NCBI GenBank assembly: GCA_963614875.1
Contig: CAVEFC010000001.1
Location: forward strand, 99,808 to 163,807
Reading direction: 5' to 3'
Length of the DNA stretch: 64,000 bases
Origin: an uncultured Eubacteriales bacterium
Lineage (GTDB): Bacteria; Bacillota; Clostridia; Oscillospirales; CAG-272
The notes under the pieces were generated by a model. That model had not been told where the DNA came from, made no database searches, and saw only the letters and a program-made list of their open reading frames with translations. The position numbers and the translations under genes were made by a program. How positions within the stretch are numbered: position 1 is the first letter of the stretch; every line of letters starts with the position of its first letter. Below, piece after piece: positions 53,888 to 64,000 of the stretch.

Positions 53888-55741
53888 ATGGATTCAAACA
53901 AAACAAAAAAACAGACAAAGGCGGAAATCCGCGCGCAAAAGCGTGCGCGCCTGAAAATGACCGCAGGCTTTATGCACGGCTCGGTCGGATTCTTTATAAT
54001 AAGCATTGTTTCCGCGCTTATAGTCGCGCTGATCGATACCATAAGCCCGAAAATAATAAGCGTAACGGTTGACAGCGTGCTCGATACGAAAGCTCCCGAG
54101 CTTCCGCAGTTTATAATATCCGCTGTCGATTCGCTCGGCGGCTTCGGATTTTTCCGCACGCACCTTTATTATATCGCGCTGCTTATAGTTGCGCTGGCGG
54201 TGATCACGGCGATATTTCAGTACTGCAACAGAGTGTTCAACTCCAAGGGTGCCGAAACGCTTGTAAAAAATATGCGTGACAGCATTTTCTCGCACATAGA
54301 GCGTCTGCCGTTTTCGTGGCATATGAAAAATCAGACGGGCGACATTATACAGCGCTGTACCTCTGACGTCGATACGATAAAGCGATTCCTTTCCGATCAG
54401 CTCACTTCGCTTTTCAGAATAGTTATAATGCTTGTGCTTTCGCTTTACTATATGTTTTCGATGAACGTAAAGCTTGCGATAATCGCCTCGGCTTTTATGC
54501 CGGTAATAATCGCGTATTCGGCGCTTTTCCACGGAAAAATAGGCAAAAGCTTTGAGCTTTGCGACGAAAACGAAGGAACTCTTTCCGCAATCGCTCAGGA
54601 AAATCTTACGGGCGTGCGCGTGGTGCGCGCCTTCGGCAGAGAAAGCTACGAGCGCGAACGCTTTGACCGTCAGAACGAAAAATATACGTCACTCTGGGTA
54701 AAGCTTCACAGAACGTTTTCGGTTTTCTGGTCCTCGTCGGATCTGCTTTCCGGAATTCAGGTGATGTGCATAGTTATAGTGGGCGCGGTTATGTGCGTAA
54801 ACGACGACGGACTTACGGCGGGTAAGTACATAGCGTTCATATCGTACAATTCAATGCTTATGTGGCCGATACGTCAGCTCGGAAGAATGATATCGGAAAT
54901 GAGCAAAACCGGCGTTTCGCTCGGAAGAATATATCAGATAATGTCCGCAGAAGAGGAACACGACAAGCCCGACGCCGTAACTCCCGATATGCACGGCGAT
55001 ATCCGTTTTGAAAACGTAAGCTTTGCGTATGATGGCTGTCCCGAAATACTTTCCGGCATCGATTTTGAAGTGAAAGCCGGAACGACTCTCGGAATTCTCG
55101 GCGGAACGGGATCGGGAAAGTCAACGCTTATGTATCTGCTTGACCGTCTGTACGATATTCCCGAAAACTGCGGCAGAATAACGATAGGCGGCGTTGACAT
55201 CGCCGATATGAAAGCCGGCTGGGTAAGAGAAAACGTGGGAATAGTGCTTCAGGAGCCGTTCCTTTTCTCGCGCTCGATAGCCGATAACGTCGGCATAACG
55301 CAGAAAAGCACAAGCCTTCCCGAAATCCGCGACGCAGCAAGAGTCGCCTGCCTTGACGACACGGTAATGTCGTTTTCAAAGGGCTACGATACCTTTGTCG
55401 GCGAAAGAGGCGTGACGCTTTCCGGCGGTCAGAAGCAGAGAGCGGCGATCGCCCGTCTTGTAGTTCAGAAAACGCCGATAATGGTCTTTGACGATTCGCT
55501 TTCGGCTGTGGATACGGAAACCGACAGCAAAATACGCCGCGCGCTTTCCGAAAATCTCGGAAAATCCACCGTGATTCTGATATCGCACAGAATAACGACG
55601 CTTATGCACGCGGAAAAAATTATAGTTCTCGATCACGGCAGGGTGGTTGAAAACGGCACACATTCCGAGCTTGTAGCCCGCGACGGACTTTACAAGCGTA
55701 TATACGACATACAGACGAAGGGAGCGGAGGAAGCGGTATGA
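53888..55741 (+). CDS. ABC exporter, fused permease/ATPase subunit (type I exporter half-transporter)
   Basis: 6-TM domain plus an NBD with GGTGSGKST, LSGGQKQR and MVFDDSLSAVD. Confidence 0.85.
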   Translation: MDSNKTKKQTKAEIRAQKRARLKMTAGFMHGSVGFFIISIVSALIVALIDTISPKIISVTVDSVLDTKAPELPQFIISAVDSLGGFGFFRTHLYYIALLIVALAVITAIFQYCNRVFNSKGAETLVKNMRDSIFSHIERLPFSWHMKNQTGDIIQRCTSDVDTIKRFLSDQLTSLFRIVIMLVLSLYYMFSMNVKLAIIASAFMPVIIAYSALFHGKIGKSFELCDENEGTLSAIAQENLTGVRVVRAFGRESYERERFDRQNEKYTSLWVKLHRTFSVFWSSSDLLSGIQVMCIVIVGAVMCVNDDGLTAGKYIAFISYNSMLMWPIRQLGRMISEMSKTGVSLGRIYQIMSAEEEHDKPDAVTPDMHGDIRFENVSFAYDGCPEILSGIDFEVKAGTTLGILGGTGSGKSTLMYLLDRLYDIPENCGRITIGGVDIADMKAGWVRENVGIVLQEPFLFSRSIADNVGITQKSTSLPEIRDAARVACLDDTVMSFSKGYDTFVGERGVTLSGGQKQRAAIARLVVQKTPIMVFDDSLSAVDTETDSKIRRALSENLGKSTVILISHRITTLMHAEKIIVLDHGRVVENGTHSELVARDGLYKRIYDIQTKGAEEAV

Positions 55742-57585
55742 ACGATCAGAAAACAAACGATAAAAAGCAATACGTTTCTCTTCCCTTTTTCGGACTGCCG
55801 AAGGTGGCGAAATTCCTTTACAAATACAGAGCGTGGATGATAATTATGATAACCTGCGGACTTCTTGGTTCGGCGGGAGACATAGTCATTCCGCTGTTTC
55901 AGAGATACGCGCTGAATCACATCGAGGACGGAAAATTCATTGCAAATCTTGTGCCGTTCATAGTGCTTTACGTGTTTACTCTTGCGGGAAAAATAATAAC
56001 CGACTTTGTTTCTTCCTTTCTTGCCGGAAAGGTTGAGCTTTCCGTCGGACGCGATCTCCGCAAGCTGAGCTTCGACCATTTGCAGACGCTTTCCTTTTCT
56101 TATTTCAATCAGAACAGCGTAGGCTACGTTCACGCAAGAATAATGAGCGATACCTCGCACATAGGCGAGCTTGTTTCGTGGGTGATAATGCAGGGAGTAT
56201 GGAATCTTTCGTATCTTGTCGGCGTTGTTATAGTTATGTTTTCGATAAACGTGAAGCTCACGCTTCTTGTAATGACTATAATTCCGCTTATCACGGTGCT
56301 TTTTGCAATATTCCAGAAAAAGCTTGTAAACGAAAACCGCCATATCAGAGAAGTAAACTCAAAAATAACGGGTAACTTCAACGAAGGCATCACGGGTGCG
56401 AAAACAATAAAAACCCTTGTGATCGAAGACAAAATCAAGGACGACTTTGTAAACGTCACAAAGGAAATGAAGCGCAGCTCGGTTATGGCTCAGCGCTACC
56501 GCGCAATTCTCGCAACGACAATAGGCTTTGCGTCGTCGATCGCGCTTGCCATAGTAGTATGGAAGGGCGGCGAGCTTTCGCTTCTCGGCGTCGATTCGAT
56601 AGGTTATATGGAAATAGGAACGCTTTCGGTGTTTATGTCCTATGCGCTCGGAATTATGGAGCCTATCCGCTGGATAGTGGATATGATATCCGACCTTGTG
56701 CGCGAGCAGGTAAATATAGAACGTCTTACAAAGCTGCTCGAAACAAAATCAGACGTTACCGACACGCCCGAAGTGATTGAAAAATACGGCGATACGTTCT
56801 CTCCCAAAAAAGAAAACTGGGAAGAGCTTTACGGCGATATAGAATTCCGCGACGTCAGCTTCAGATATCCCGACGGCGACGAATATATCCTTGAGCATTT
56901 CAATCTTAAAATCCCGCGCGGATCGAATATTGCGATAGTCGGCGAAACGGGCGCGGGAAAATCGACGCTTGTAAATCTTGTGTGCCGCTTCTACGAGCCG
57001 ACGTCCGGTCAGGTGCTTATAGACGGCAGGGACGCGAGAGAAAGAAGTCAGCTCTGGCTTCACAGCAATATAGGCTATGTGCTTCAGACTCCGCACCTTT
57101 TCTCCGGAACGATACTTGAAAATCTCCGCTACGGCAAGCCCGATGCTACGATTGATGAAATAAACGCCGCGCTGAAAAGAGTTTCCGCGGACGGCGTTGT
57201 CGCAAAAGCCGAAAAGGGACTCGATACAGACGTCGGCGAAGGCGGCGATCTGCTTTCCACCGGCGAAAAACAGCTTATTTCATTTGCGCGCGCAATAGTT
57301 GCCGACCCGAAAATACTCGTCCTTGACGAAGCAACGGCGTCTGTCGATACGCTCACCGAGCAGAATATTCAGCACGCGATAAACGAAGTTATCCGCGGCA
57401 GAACCTCGATAATGATAGCGCACCGTCTTTCCACCGTTCGCGACGCGGATATTATCCTCGTTGTAAGCGACGGAAAAATAGTTGAGCGAGGAAGCCATTC
57501 CGAGCTTATGAAAAAGCGCGGTCATTACTACAAGCTTTATACCCGTCAGTACGAAGAAGACGTAACGAAAAGCGTTTTAAGCTAA
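55738..57585 (+). CDS. ABC exporter, fused permease/ATPase subunit (partner half-transporter)
   Basis: ATGA overlap with the upstream gene. NBD with GETGAGKST, LSTGEKQL (degenerate signature) and LVLDEATASVD. Confidence 0.85.
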   Translation: MNDQKTNDKKQYVSLPFFGLPKVAKFLYKYRAWMIIMITCGLLGSAGDIVIPLFQRYALNHIEDGKFIANLVPFIVLYVFTLAGKIITDFVSSFLAGKVELSVGRDLRKLSFDHLQTLSFSYFNQNSVGYVHARIMSDTSHIGELVSWVIMQGVWNLSYLVGVVIVMFSINVKLTLLVMTIIPLITVLFAIFQKKLVNENRHIREVNSKITGNFNEGITGAKTIKTLVIEDKIKDDFVNVTKEMKRSSVMAQRYRAILATTIGFASSIALAIVVWKGGELSLLGVDSIGYMEIGTLSVFMSYALGIMEPIRWIVDMISDLVREQVNIERLTKLLETKSDVTDTPEVIEKYGDTFSPKKENWEELYGDIEFRDVSFRYPDGDEYILEHFNLKIPRGSNIAIVGETGAGKSTLVNLVCRFYEPTSGQVLIDGRDARERSQLWLHSNIGYVLQTPHLFSGTILENLRYGKPDATIDEINAALKRVSADGVVAKAEKGLDTDVGEGGDLLSTGEKQLISFARAIVADPKILVLDEATASVDTLTEQNIQHAINEVIRGRTSIMIAHRLSTVRDADIILVVSDGKIVERGSHSELMKKRGHYYKLYTRQYEEDVTKSVLS

Positions 57586-57597
57586 AAATAAATTAAA

Positions 57598-57631
57598 ACT
57601 CCGACAGCGGTAAAACCTGTCGGAGTTTTTT
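57598..57631. terminator. Bidirectional intrinsic terminator
   Basis: ACTCCGACAG-cggtaaaac-CTGTCGGAGT-TTTTT. Confidence 0.8.
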
Positions 57632-57658
57632 GTGATATTGATGCCTGCGCCGCAGACT

Positions 57659-58945
57659 TTATCCTGTTTTCATATCGGCGTCGTCCGGCGTGTTGATTTT
57701 CTTTATTTTCGCGCCGACCGAGCGAAGCTTTGACACTATATTGTCATATCCGCGCTCTATGTAATGAACATCCTCTATTTCCGTTCTTCCCTCGCAGGAA
57801 AGGCCTGCTATAACCATGGCGGCTCCTGCGCGAAGGTCTACCGCCCTTACGCAAGTGCCCGTAAGCGCCGATCCGCCCTCGACGACGGCAAGTTTGCCGT
57901 CAACCTTTATCGCCGCGCCCATTCTGCGAAGCTCATCTACATAGCGGAAGCGACCGTCCCATATGGTTTCGGAAATATGGCTTGTTCCATGCGCAAGACA
58001 CATAAGCGTGGCTATCTGCGGATTCATATCCGTCGGAAAGCCCGGATAGGGAAGCGTTTTTACGTTTGCCGGAAGAAGCTCTCCTCTGCGCGTGACAAGC
58101 ACCGCGTCATCATACTCTTCAACCTCAGCGCCCATTTCGCAAAGCTTTGCGGTTATGGCTTCAAGGTGCTTCGGAATTACATTGTCTATATAAAGTCTGC
58201 CGCCCGTTGCCGCTGCGGCGACCATAAACGTGCCCGCTTCTATCATATCGGGAATTATAGTATATGTGCAACCGTGAAGCTTTTCCACGCCTTTTATTTT
58301 TATCACATCGGTGCCCGCTCCCGTGATGTTCGCTCCGCAGTAGTTCAGGAAGTTTGCAAGATCAACTATGTGCGGCTCTCTTGCGGCGTTTTCGATAACG
58401 GTTACGCCGTCGCAGAGCACGGATGCGATTATCGTGTTTATCGTCGCTCCGACGGTGACGCAGTCAAAAAAGATGCCCGCGCTTTTTACTCCGTTTTCGG
58501 TGACAGCGTCCATAAATCCGCCCCCGACGTTTACCGTCGCGCCCATAGCCGTAAAAGCCTTGACGTGCTGATCTATCGGGCGCGAACCGAAATCGCATCC
58601 GCCGGGAAGTCCGACCTTTGCCGAGCCGAAGCGCGCAAGACACGCCCCCGCAAGATAGTACGACGCGCGCATCTTTCTTGCAAGCTCGATCGGAACGACC
58701 TTGTTTTTTACTTTTCTCGTGTCTATTTCCACGGAATTTTTTCCGACCGCGCGGATTTTTGCCCCTATGCTCGAAAGCATTTCAAGCGACTGTCTGACGT
58801 CGCTTATCTGAGGAAGATTATCTATAATACAAACGTCGGCGACCGCTATACACGCAAAGATCACGGCAACGGCGGCATTTTTCATACCGCTTATTTCAAC
58901 CTTGCCGCTCAGCCTTGCTCCGCCGTCGATCACTATCTTTTCCAT
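57659..58945 (-). CDS. murA: UDP-N-acetylglucosamine 1-carboxyvinyltransferase
   Basis: ISGMKNAAVA, GGCDFGSRPIDQH (active-site Cys loop) and FPTDMNPQ. Confidence 0.9.
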   Translation of the reverse strand: MEKIVIDGGARLSGKVEISGMKNAAVAVIFACIAVADVCIIDNLPQISDVRQSLEMLSSIGAKIRAVGKNSVEIDTRKVKNKVVPIELARKMRASYYLAGACLARFGSAKVGLPGGCDFGSRPIDQHVKAFTAMGATVNVGGGFMDAVTENGVKSAGIFFDCVTVGATINTIIASVLCDGVTVIENAAREPHIVDLANFLNYCGANITGAGTDVIKIKGVEKLHGCTYTIIPDMIEAGTFMVAAAATGGRLYIDNVIPKHLEAITAKLCEMGAEVEEYDDAVLVTRRGELLPANVKTLPYPGFPTDMNPQIATLMCLAHGTSHISETIWDGRFRYVDELRRMGAAIKVDGKLAVVEGGSALTGTCVRAVDLRAGAAMVIAGLSCEGRTEIEDVHYIERGYDNIVSKLRSVGAKIKKINTPDDADMKTG

Positions 58946-59014
58946 ATGCCAAAACCTTTCGGAAGTCTTTGTTATAAATTATATTTGGTCAGGGGACAAA
59001 TTGCAACAGCTTTT

Positions 59015-59929
59015 TTACTTTTTTATGCCGTCGATCATATTGTAGCTGTGAACGGTTCCGTCGGAATAGATGAGGTTCACCGTCGGGACATAATATTCCG
59101 GATTATCGCCGAGGCGATAGATGTCATAGGAATAATAAAGCTCGGAAAGCGAAAGTCTGCCAGTCCTGCCCGAAGAAAGATACACGTCAGCCCAGCGTTT
59201 TTCGTCAAAAAGCACCGTCAGAAGATCAACGCAGTCGGTTTTCAGCTTTTCGTCCGGCAGAAGAAGCGATATGCTTCCCTCTCCCGAAAGCACCTCTCCC
59301 GCTTCATTTACAAGAAGATAAAACGCCCGTGACGTCTGCATTTCCCCCATATACTGCAAAAACATCGCAATGTAATATCCCGTGTCGCGATCCGTATAAA
59401 GCCTGTAAAGCTCCGCGTGCGAAGGCTTTGCGCCTTTGTTTGCGGAAAGCGCGTTTATATCGTCAAAGCAGATGATGCTTTTCATTGCGGTTTCAAGCTT
59501 TTCGGTGTATTTATCTATCATAAACACCGCGGATACCGTTCCCGATTCCATAAGCGAAACCGGCATGGGAGCGTCCTCTGCGGCGCGGTATTCAAAGCTG
59601 CCGTCACTGCCGAAGCTCCATTTTCCGCAGTCGCCCGAAGCCGTGTATTTTTCTCCGTCGCGGCTTACGCTTCCGAAAAGTCTGAGCGCGGACAAAAGCT
59701 CCGCCTCCTCCGAAGTACGCATATATGCCGGCACCAATATCTTTTTGGCGCGGAGAATATCCTCATTTACGGATATTCCGCTTTCCGAAAGCAGCTCCGT
59801 AACGGAGCTTATTTCTTTTTCGGAATAGTAGTTCATTCTTTTGTACTGTCTGTAAACCTCCGTGCCGAAGAACACGTTCATTATAAGAAGCACGGCTATG
59901 GCAAAGGTTTTAAGATTTTTCCAGCTCAT
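59015..59929 (-). CDS. YycI-like two-component regulatory protein
   Basis: Start set at ATG 59929 (ATGA overlap with the upstream stop). MSWKNLKTFAIAVLLIMNVFF N-terminal TM. Position is fourth in a walR-walK-yycH-yycI-type operon. Confidence 0.55.
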   Translation of the reverse strand: MSWKNLKTFAIAVLLIMNVFFGTEVYRQYKRMNYYSEKEISSVTELLSESGISVNEDILRAKKILVPAYMRTSEEAELLSALRLFGSVSRDGEKYTASGDCGKWSFGSDGSFEYRAAEDAPMPVSLMESGTVSAVFMIDKYTEKLETAMKSIICFDDINALSANKGAKPSHAELYRLYTDRDTGYYIAMFLQYMGEMQTSRAFYLLVNEAGEVLSGEGSISLLLPDEKLKTDCVDLLTVLFDEKRWADVYLSSGRTGRLSLSELYYSYDIYRLGDNPEYYVPTVNLIYSDGTVHSYNMIDGIKK

Positions 59930-61347
59930 TTGCCGCTCACCTCCGTCGCGCAGGCAAAAAGCCATTCCGCACCCGAAGCCTTGTCGTCGCCCGTCGCCGT
60001 ATAAAACGGAACAAGTCTTCCCTCTCCGCTCTGCTCTATCGAATAAATATCCGAATACCACTTCTGCGGACAGGCGCTGTATCTTTTTGTCGATTGCGCC
60101 GTAAGCAGTCTTATCTCCGCAAAGATAAGCTTTCCTCCTCTGAACTCAAAGCGCAGAAGGTCGGCTTCCTCCTCCACCGAAAGCGATATGTTGTTGCACG
60201 AATATCCGAACAGCACCTCTACGTTTTCGCCGTTTTTATATATCCCGCGAAGCTTGAGCTTTGCCTCGCCCGCGTCGGTATTTGCGGCGTCGATAAGCTT
60301 TACAGCCGTGCCGACGTAGTCGTAAGCGGCATAATCTCCGAGCCTTACGCCCATACTCACGCCGCCCGTATCGCCCGTCACGGTATAAATTACCCTCCCG
60401 TCGCGATAGATTTTTACGTTATGTCCTTCTTCCATATACGAAACGGCGCCGTCGCTTTCGTCATATCTCACCGATTTTTCGTAGTTTATGCCGAACGCCC
60501 CCGCAATGTACGATATGGCGCTCTGATCCTCCGTTATGTCCCTGCCGGAAATAAATATTTCCGGCGCGGAAAAATCCTCCGTTTTTATAAACATACCGCT
60601 GCGGCAGCTGCCGCCGTCAAAATCAAACGAAAACGCCCCCGTCATATTATATGAAAATATTCTGTCTCTGTTAAAATACACGTCAAGATAGCTTTTCGGA
60701 ACGGAAGCCGATTCAAAAAGATAATATCCGCCGTGGCGGTTTCTCGCTATCACCGAATAGGCGTAAAGCAGCGCGGTTATTCTGTTTCCGTTTATGTCGG
60801 TGCTTTCCGTTACGGTCGGATTCCCCGAAGGATATATTATAAGCTCGCTTATGAATTCATCGCCGACGTTTTTCGTTATCTCGTCGGGAAAAGTCATAAA
60901 ATATATAAGCGAGCGCGGAAGCTCGCCGCGAAAGCTCATATAAACGCAGTCGCCGGAAAGAGCGCGCTCCCAGCTGCGCTCGCCAGCGGCGCTGTCAAGC
61001 TCGGAAACTTTTCCGTTTTCGCCGAGCGTTTCCGAAAAATAAACCGAAAAGCTTTTGTAAAGCGTTTCGATTCTTGCGTCCTCCGTGTCGGAGACCATTC
61101 CCCTGCGTCTGCCGTCGGAGGAGCAAACGCCTATAAATTCGGGAACAACCTGCGACCTGTCAAAATATTTTGCGTATTCGTTTTTCGACGACTGAACCTT
61201 GAGCGCCGACATCATTGTTTTGGAAAACTCTGCCGATCTCACCTTTCCGAAGCCGAATATATAAACGACGCAAAGACAGATCAGCGACACGAGCAGCACA
61301 GCCGTGACGATTGTTTTTATAAGTTCAAGCGTTTTGTTTTCGCTCAT
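59926..61347 (-). CDS. YycH-like two-component regulatory protein
   Basis: Start set at ATG 61347 (MSENKTLELIKTIVTAVLLVSLICL, single N-terminal TM). Directly downstream of the kinase. Confidence 0.55.
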   Translation of the reverse strand: MSENKTLELIKTIVTAVLLVSLICLCVVYIFGFGKVRSAEFSKTMMSALKVQSSKNEYAKYFDRSQVVPEFIGVCSSDGRRRGMVSDTEDARIETLYKSFSVYFSETLGENGKVSELDSAAGERSWERALSGDCVYMSFRGELPRSLIYFMTFPDEITKNVGDEFISELIIYPSGNPTVTESTDINGNRITALLYAYSVIARNRHGGYYLFESASVPKSYLDVYFNRDRIFSYNMTGAFSFDFDGGSCRSGMFIKTEDFSAPEIFISGRDITEDQSAISYIAGAFGINYEKSVRYDESDGAVSYMEEGHNVKIYRDGRVIYTVTGDTGGVSMGVRLGDYAAYDYVGTAVKLIDAANTDAGEAKLKLRGIYKNGENVEVLFGYSCNNISLSVEEEADLLRFEFRGGKLIFAEIRLLTAQSTKRYSACPQKWYSDIYSIEQSGEGRLVPFYTATGDDKASGAEWLFACATEVSGK

Positions 61348-61379
61348 ACCGCCGATTGTCCTTTCATTTGTTTTCCGGC

Positions 61380-63185
61380 TTATACCGCCGTTTCCGAGCC
61401 TACCGTTTCCGGCAGCTTTGCATTGTAAGGAAGCCTTACATATACCTTTGTTCCCTCGCCCACCTTGGATTCGAGCCATATCTGACCGCCGTGAGCGTCA
61501 ACTATTTCCTTTGCTATCGCAAGTCCGAGTCCCGTTCCGCCGGTATCGGAGGTGCGCGCCTTTTCGACGCGGTAAAAGCGCTCGAAAATTCTCGGTTGAT
61601 CCTCTTCGGGAATTCCGACGCCGTTATCCTTTACGCTTATCACCGCAAAATCCGGCTCCGCGCTTGCGGAAATATCTATTCTTCCGCCGTCGGGCGTGTA
61701 TTTCACCGCGTTTGCGATTATATTTATAAGCACCTGCTGAAGCTTTTCCTTATCTCCCGTGACAGGCGGAATGTTTTCTTCGCAGGAGCAGGTAAGCACA
61801 TGACCGTGATTTCCCGCTTCGACCGACATTATATCGTACAGTCTGCGGCAGAAGTCGCTCACCTCAAACGTTTCTATCTTCCACGCGGTGCGGTTGTTGT
61901 CAAGGCGCGAAAGCACAAGAAGCTCGCTTACGATCCTCGTCATTCTGTCGCATTCCTCAACCGCCATCTGAAGAAAATTCTTCTTCGATTCCGCGTCGAG
62001 CTGAGGATATTCGAGCACGGTTTCCACCGCGCCCTTTATGCTCGTAAGCGGCGTGCGAAGCTCGTGAGAAACGTCCGCAACGAATTCCCTGCGCGATTTG
62101 TCAAGCTCATATCTGCCGGTGTTGTCGTGAATAACGCACATAATGCCGGCATTTTCCTTTTCGCTCTGCGTATATCTGAACTCGGCAAACGTTATGTCAA
62201 GCGCTTTGCCCTCGAAAATAACGTCGCTTATGACGTAATTTTTGCTTTCCCTGTACTTGCCGGAAACGTCACGGTAATCTATCTGCAGAACGCGCATCAT
62301 ATGCGAAAACGAAAATTCGGAGTTTTCGTCGTAGCCGAAAAGCTTTTTCGCCGTTTTGTTTATATGCATCAGCTTTCCCTGACTGTCAAAGGCTATAACC
62401 GCGTCGTTGAGGTACAAAAACAGCGTTTCGAACTTTTCTCTTTCGCCGGATATTTCGTCAAGCGTGTTTTTAAGCACGTTTTTCATATTGTTGAACGTAA
62501 CCGAAAGCGTGCCTATCTCGTCGTTTGAATTTACCTTTACCTCCTCAGAAAATTCGCCCGCGGCAATTCTTCCCGCGCTGACGGTAAGGGCGCGTATGGG
62601 CGCGGTTATTGCTTTTGCAAGGAAAAACGACAGCACTATCGCCACAAGCATACCGAAGAATATCGCCTGAACGGTTATCTGGAATATCATCTCGGAAAAA
62701 AGACGTACCTCCTCCTGAGAGTCCTTGACGTAAATAATGCAGCTTTTTCCGTCGTTTTCAAGATATACGGCGTAATCTATATAGCTTGTCCAATATTCTT
62801 TTTCGTCGCCGACTCCGCCCGAAAGCGCCGTGACTATGTTCGGCGTTATTTCAAGCTCCTTGCCGAGCTCCGTATCGGAGCCGTCAAGCATTGCGCCGCT
62901 CATATCGAGAATGTAATAGTTTCTGTATTTGCTTATTCCGAGCGTTCCCGAATAGGCGCGGAGGATTTCGTTCTGCTTTGCGGAGAAATTATCCTCCGTC
63001 ATTGCGGAGCGAAGCTCCGAAACAAGTCCGCCGTCGGAGGCGAGCGCCGTTTTCATTTCGGTCTGGAAATCGCTTGAATAAAATCTGTTCGAGCTGACGA
63101 TAAGCACCGCGCTTATCGCCGCCATAAGCGTCACCGTGAAAACGACGAATATAAGGATTATTTTGAAATGCAGATTTTTATACAT
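61380..63185 (-). CDS. walK: Sensor histidine kinase, WalK/VicK-like
   Basis: Two TM segments flanking an extracellular domain, HAMP, PAS, the HisKA H-box SHELRTPLTSI, and HATPase (GTGLGLAI). Confidence 0.75.
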   Translation of the reverse strand: MYKNLHFKIILIFVVFTVTLMAAISAVLIVSSNRFYSSDFQTEMKTALASDGGLVSELRSAMTEDNFSAKQNEILRAYSGTLGISKYRNYYILDMSGAMLDGSDTELGKELEITPNIVTALSGGVGDEKEYWTSYIDYAVYLENDGKSCIIYVKDSQEEVRLFSEMIFQITVQAIFFGMLVAIVLSFFLAKAITAPIRALTVSAGRIAAGEFSEEVKVNSNDEIGTLSVTFNNMKNVLKNTLDEISGEREKFETLFLYLNDAVIAFDSQGKLMHINKTAKKLFGYDENSEFSFSHMMRVLQIDYRDVSGKYRESKNYVISDVIFEGKALDITFAEFRYTQSEKENAGIMCVIHDNTGRYELDKSRREFVADVSHELRTPLTSIKGAVETVLEYPQLDAESKKNFLQMAVEECDRMTRIVSELLVLSRLDNNRTAWKIETFEVSDFCRRLYDIMSVEAGNHGHVLTCSCEENIPPVTGDKEKLQQVLINIIANAVKYTPDGGRIDISASAEPDFAVISVKDNGVGIPEEDQPRIFERFYRVEKARTSDTGGTGLGLAIAKEIVDAHGGQIWLESKVGEGTKVYVRLPYNAKLPETVGSETAV

Positions 63186-63203
63186 TTTTTGTCCTTTCGT
63201 CCT

Positions 63204-63923
63204 TTATGCCGGAATATAATAGCCCTTTGTTCTCTTTGTCAGTATGTATTCCGGCTCGGCGGGCTTATCCTCTATTTTTGAGCGCAGGCGCGACATCGTA
63301 ACGTCCACCGTGCGTATTCCTCCGAAGAAATCCTCATAGCCCCAGACTTTTTCAAGCAGCTCCTCGCGCGAAAAAAGCTCGTCGGGGTGCGATGCAAGAA
63401 ACACAAGCACTTCAAATTCCTTGCGCGAAAGCTCTATTTCTCTGCCGTCCTTGGTGACGCGGAAATTTTTCGTATCTATCGTAAGTCCGCGTATGACTAT
63501 AAGTCCCTCCGCCGCGGCGGGCTGCCTCAGCTCGACAAATTCTCCGGAGCTTCGTCTTATGTTGGCTTTTATGCGCGCCAAAAGCACCTTTATCGAAAAA
63601 GGCTTTGTGACATAATCGTCCGCGCCGAGATCAAGCCCCATAACTTTATCTATTTCTTCTTCCTTTGCCGTGACCATTATTATGGGCGTGGAAAGCTTTT
63701 TTCTTACTTCGCGGCATACGGAAAAGCCGTCCCTTTTCGGAAGCATTATATCAAGAAGAATGAGATCGAAATTTCCTGTGAGCGCTTTTTCAAGACCTTC
63801 CTCTCCGTCGAAAGCCGTATCGCACAGATATCCCGCCATCAGAAGATTCACTTCAAGCACCTTCGATATGCGCTTTTCGTCCTCAATCACAAGAATTTTC
63901 TTTTTTGCAGAGGTTTCGTCCAT
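63204..63923 (-). CDS. walR: OmpR-family response regulator, WalR-like
   Basis: Receiver domain (ILVIEDE...LDIMLP...DDYVTKPF) plus a winged-helix output domain (RKEFEVLVFLASHP...RTVDVTMSRLRSKIE). Confidence 0.8.
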   Translation of the reverse strand: MDETSAKKKILVIEDEKRISKVLEVNLLMAGYLCDTAFDGEEGLEKALTGNFDLILLDIMLPKRDGFSVCREVRKKLSTPIIMVTAKEEEIDKVMGLDLGADDYVTKPFSIKVLLARIKANIRRSSGEFVELRQPAAAEGLIVIRGLTIDTKNFRVTKDGREIELSRKEFEVLVFLASHPDELFSREELLEKVWGYEDFFGGIRTVDVTMSRLRSKIEDKPAEPEYILTKRTKGYYIPA

Positions 63924-64000
63924 AATGACTTTCCTTTCGGTGATTTATTTTGTCGCGCCGTCGCCGTAAAGCATATACGCGCAGAGAAGATCCACCACAA

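Noticed and set aside
57764-59332. 522-aa plus-strand ORF antisense to murA and the yycI-like gene
   Set aside because: It runs across two clearly identified minus-strand genes and their intergenic gap, with Arg/Tyr/Phe-rich nonsense composition.
63945-64000. Partial minus-strand coding end (...VVDLLCAYMLYGDGATK*) at the window edge
   Set aside because: Only ~18 codons are visible, which is too short to call a product.
1-64000. tRNA, rRNA, tmRNA or transposase/IS elements
   Set aside because: Inspection of every intergenic gap larger than about 60 nt showed no cloverleaf-like or rRNA-like sequences and no transposase-like ORFs. This was a by-eye check, so a tRNAscan or Infernal run would be needed to be definitive.

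Overview
This window looks like a chromosomal segment of a spore-forming Firmicutes/Clostridia-type bacterium: it carries an alpha/beta-type SASP gene, spoIIR and a WalRK-YycHI-like operon, and gene density is high with frequent ATGA overlaps.

**Core regions**
- 1-22.5 kb: a sugar-phosphate-type cluster (SIS, double class II aldolase, Prs-like, PHP). It is followed by a complete nine-gene aromatic amino-acid operon (aminotransferase, pheA, aroB, aroC, aroE/aroK fusion, aroQ, aroA, tyrA, DAHP synthase). Downstream are a truncated MocR-type regulator with a divergent ECF S-component, mgtE, deoB-cdd and uxuA.
- 40.1-64 kb: spoIIR, tdk, bioY, trkAH, an EF-G paralogue, trmK, a Nif3-like gene, a heterodimeric ABC exporter, murA and walRK-yycHI.

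**Main non-routine observations**
1. An SASP gene is split by a ~17.5 kb integrative mobilizable element (about 22540-40069). The element encodes a large serine recombinase, MobC and a relaxase. The att sites and the intact 65-aa SASP can be reconstructed from the sequence. The recombinase ORF ends in host-derived ssp codons.
2. The element carries a ~1023-aa protein with the hallmark motifs of eukaryotic-type RdRP / phage YonO two-barrel RNA polymerases (SFQIRMPYIKGMV, RNPH, GGADYDGDMV, VGQISNAAL, IDSAKSG). It is translationally coupled to an unrecognised 291-aa partner. There is no prophage context.
3. A 22-codon Phe/Tyr-rich leader peptide with alternative terminator and antiterminator hairpins precedes the aromatic operon.
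4. A MobB-like ORF is embedded in the +1 frame inside a relaxase-Sel1 fusion gene.
5. A BmrB-like leader peptide and terminator sit upstream of the ABC exporter pair.
6. A ~70-bp tandem repeat has replaced the 3-prime end of the MocR gene.

I saw no rRNA, tRNA or CRISPR array. Product calls rest on motif recognition by eye; no database search was run.
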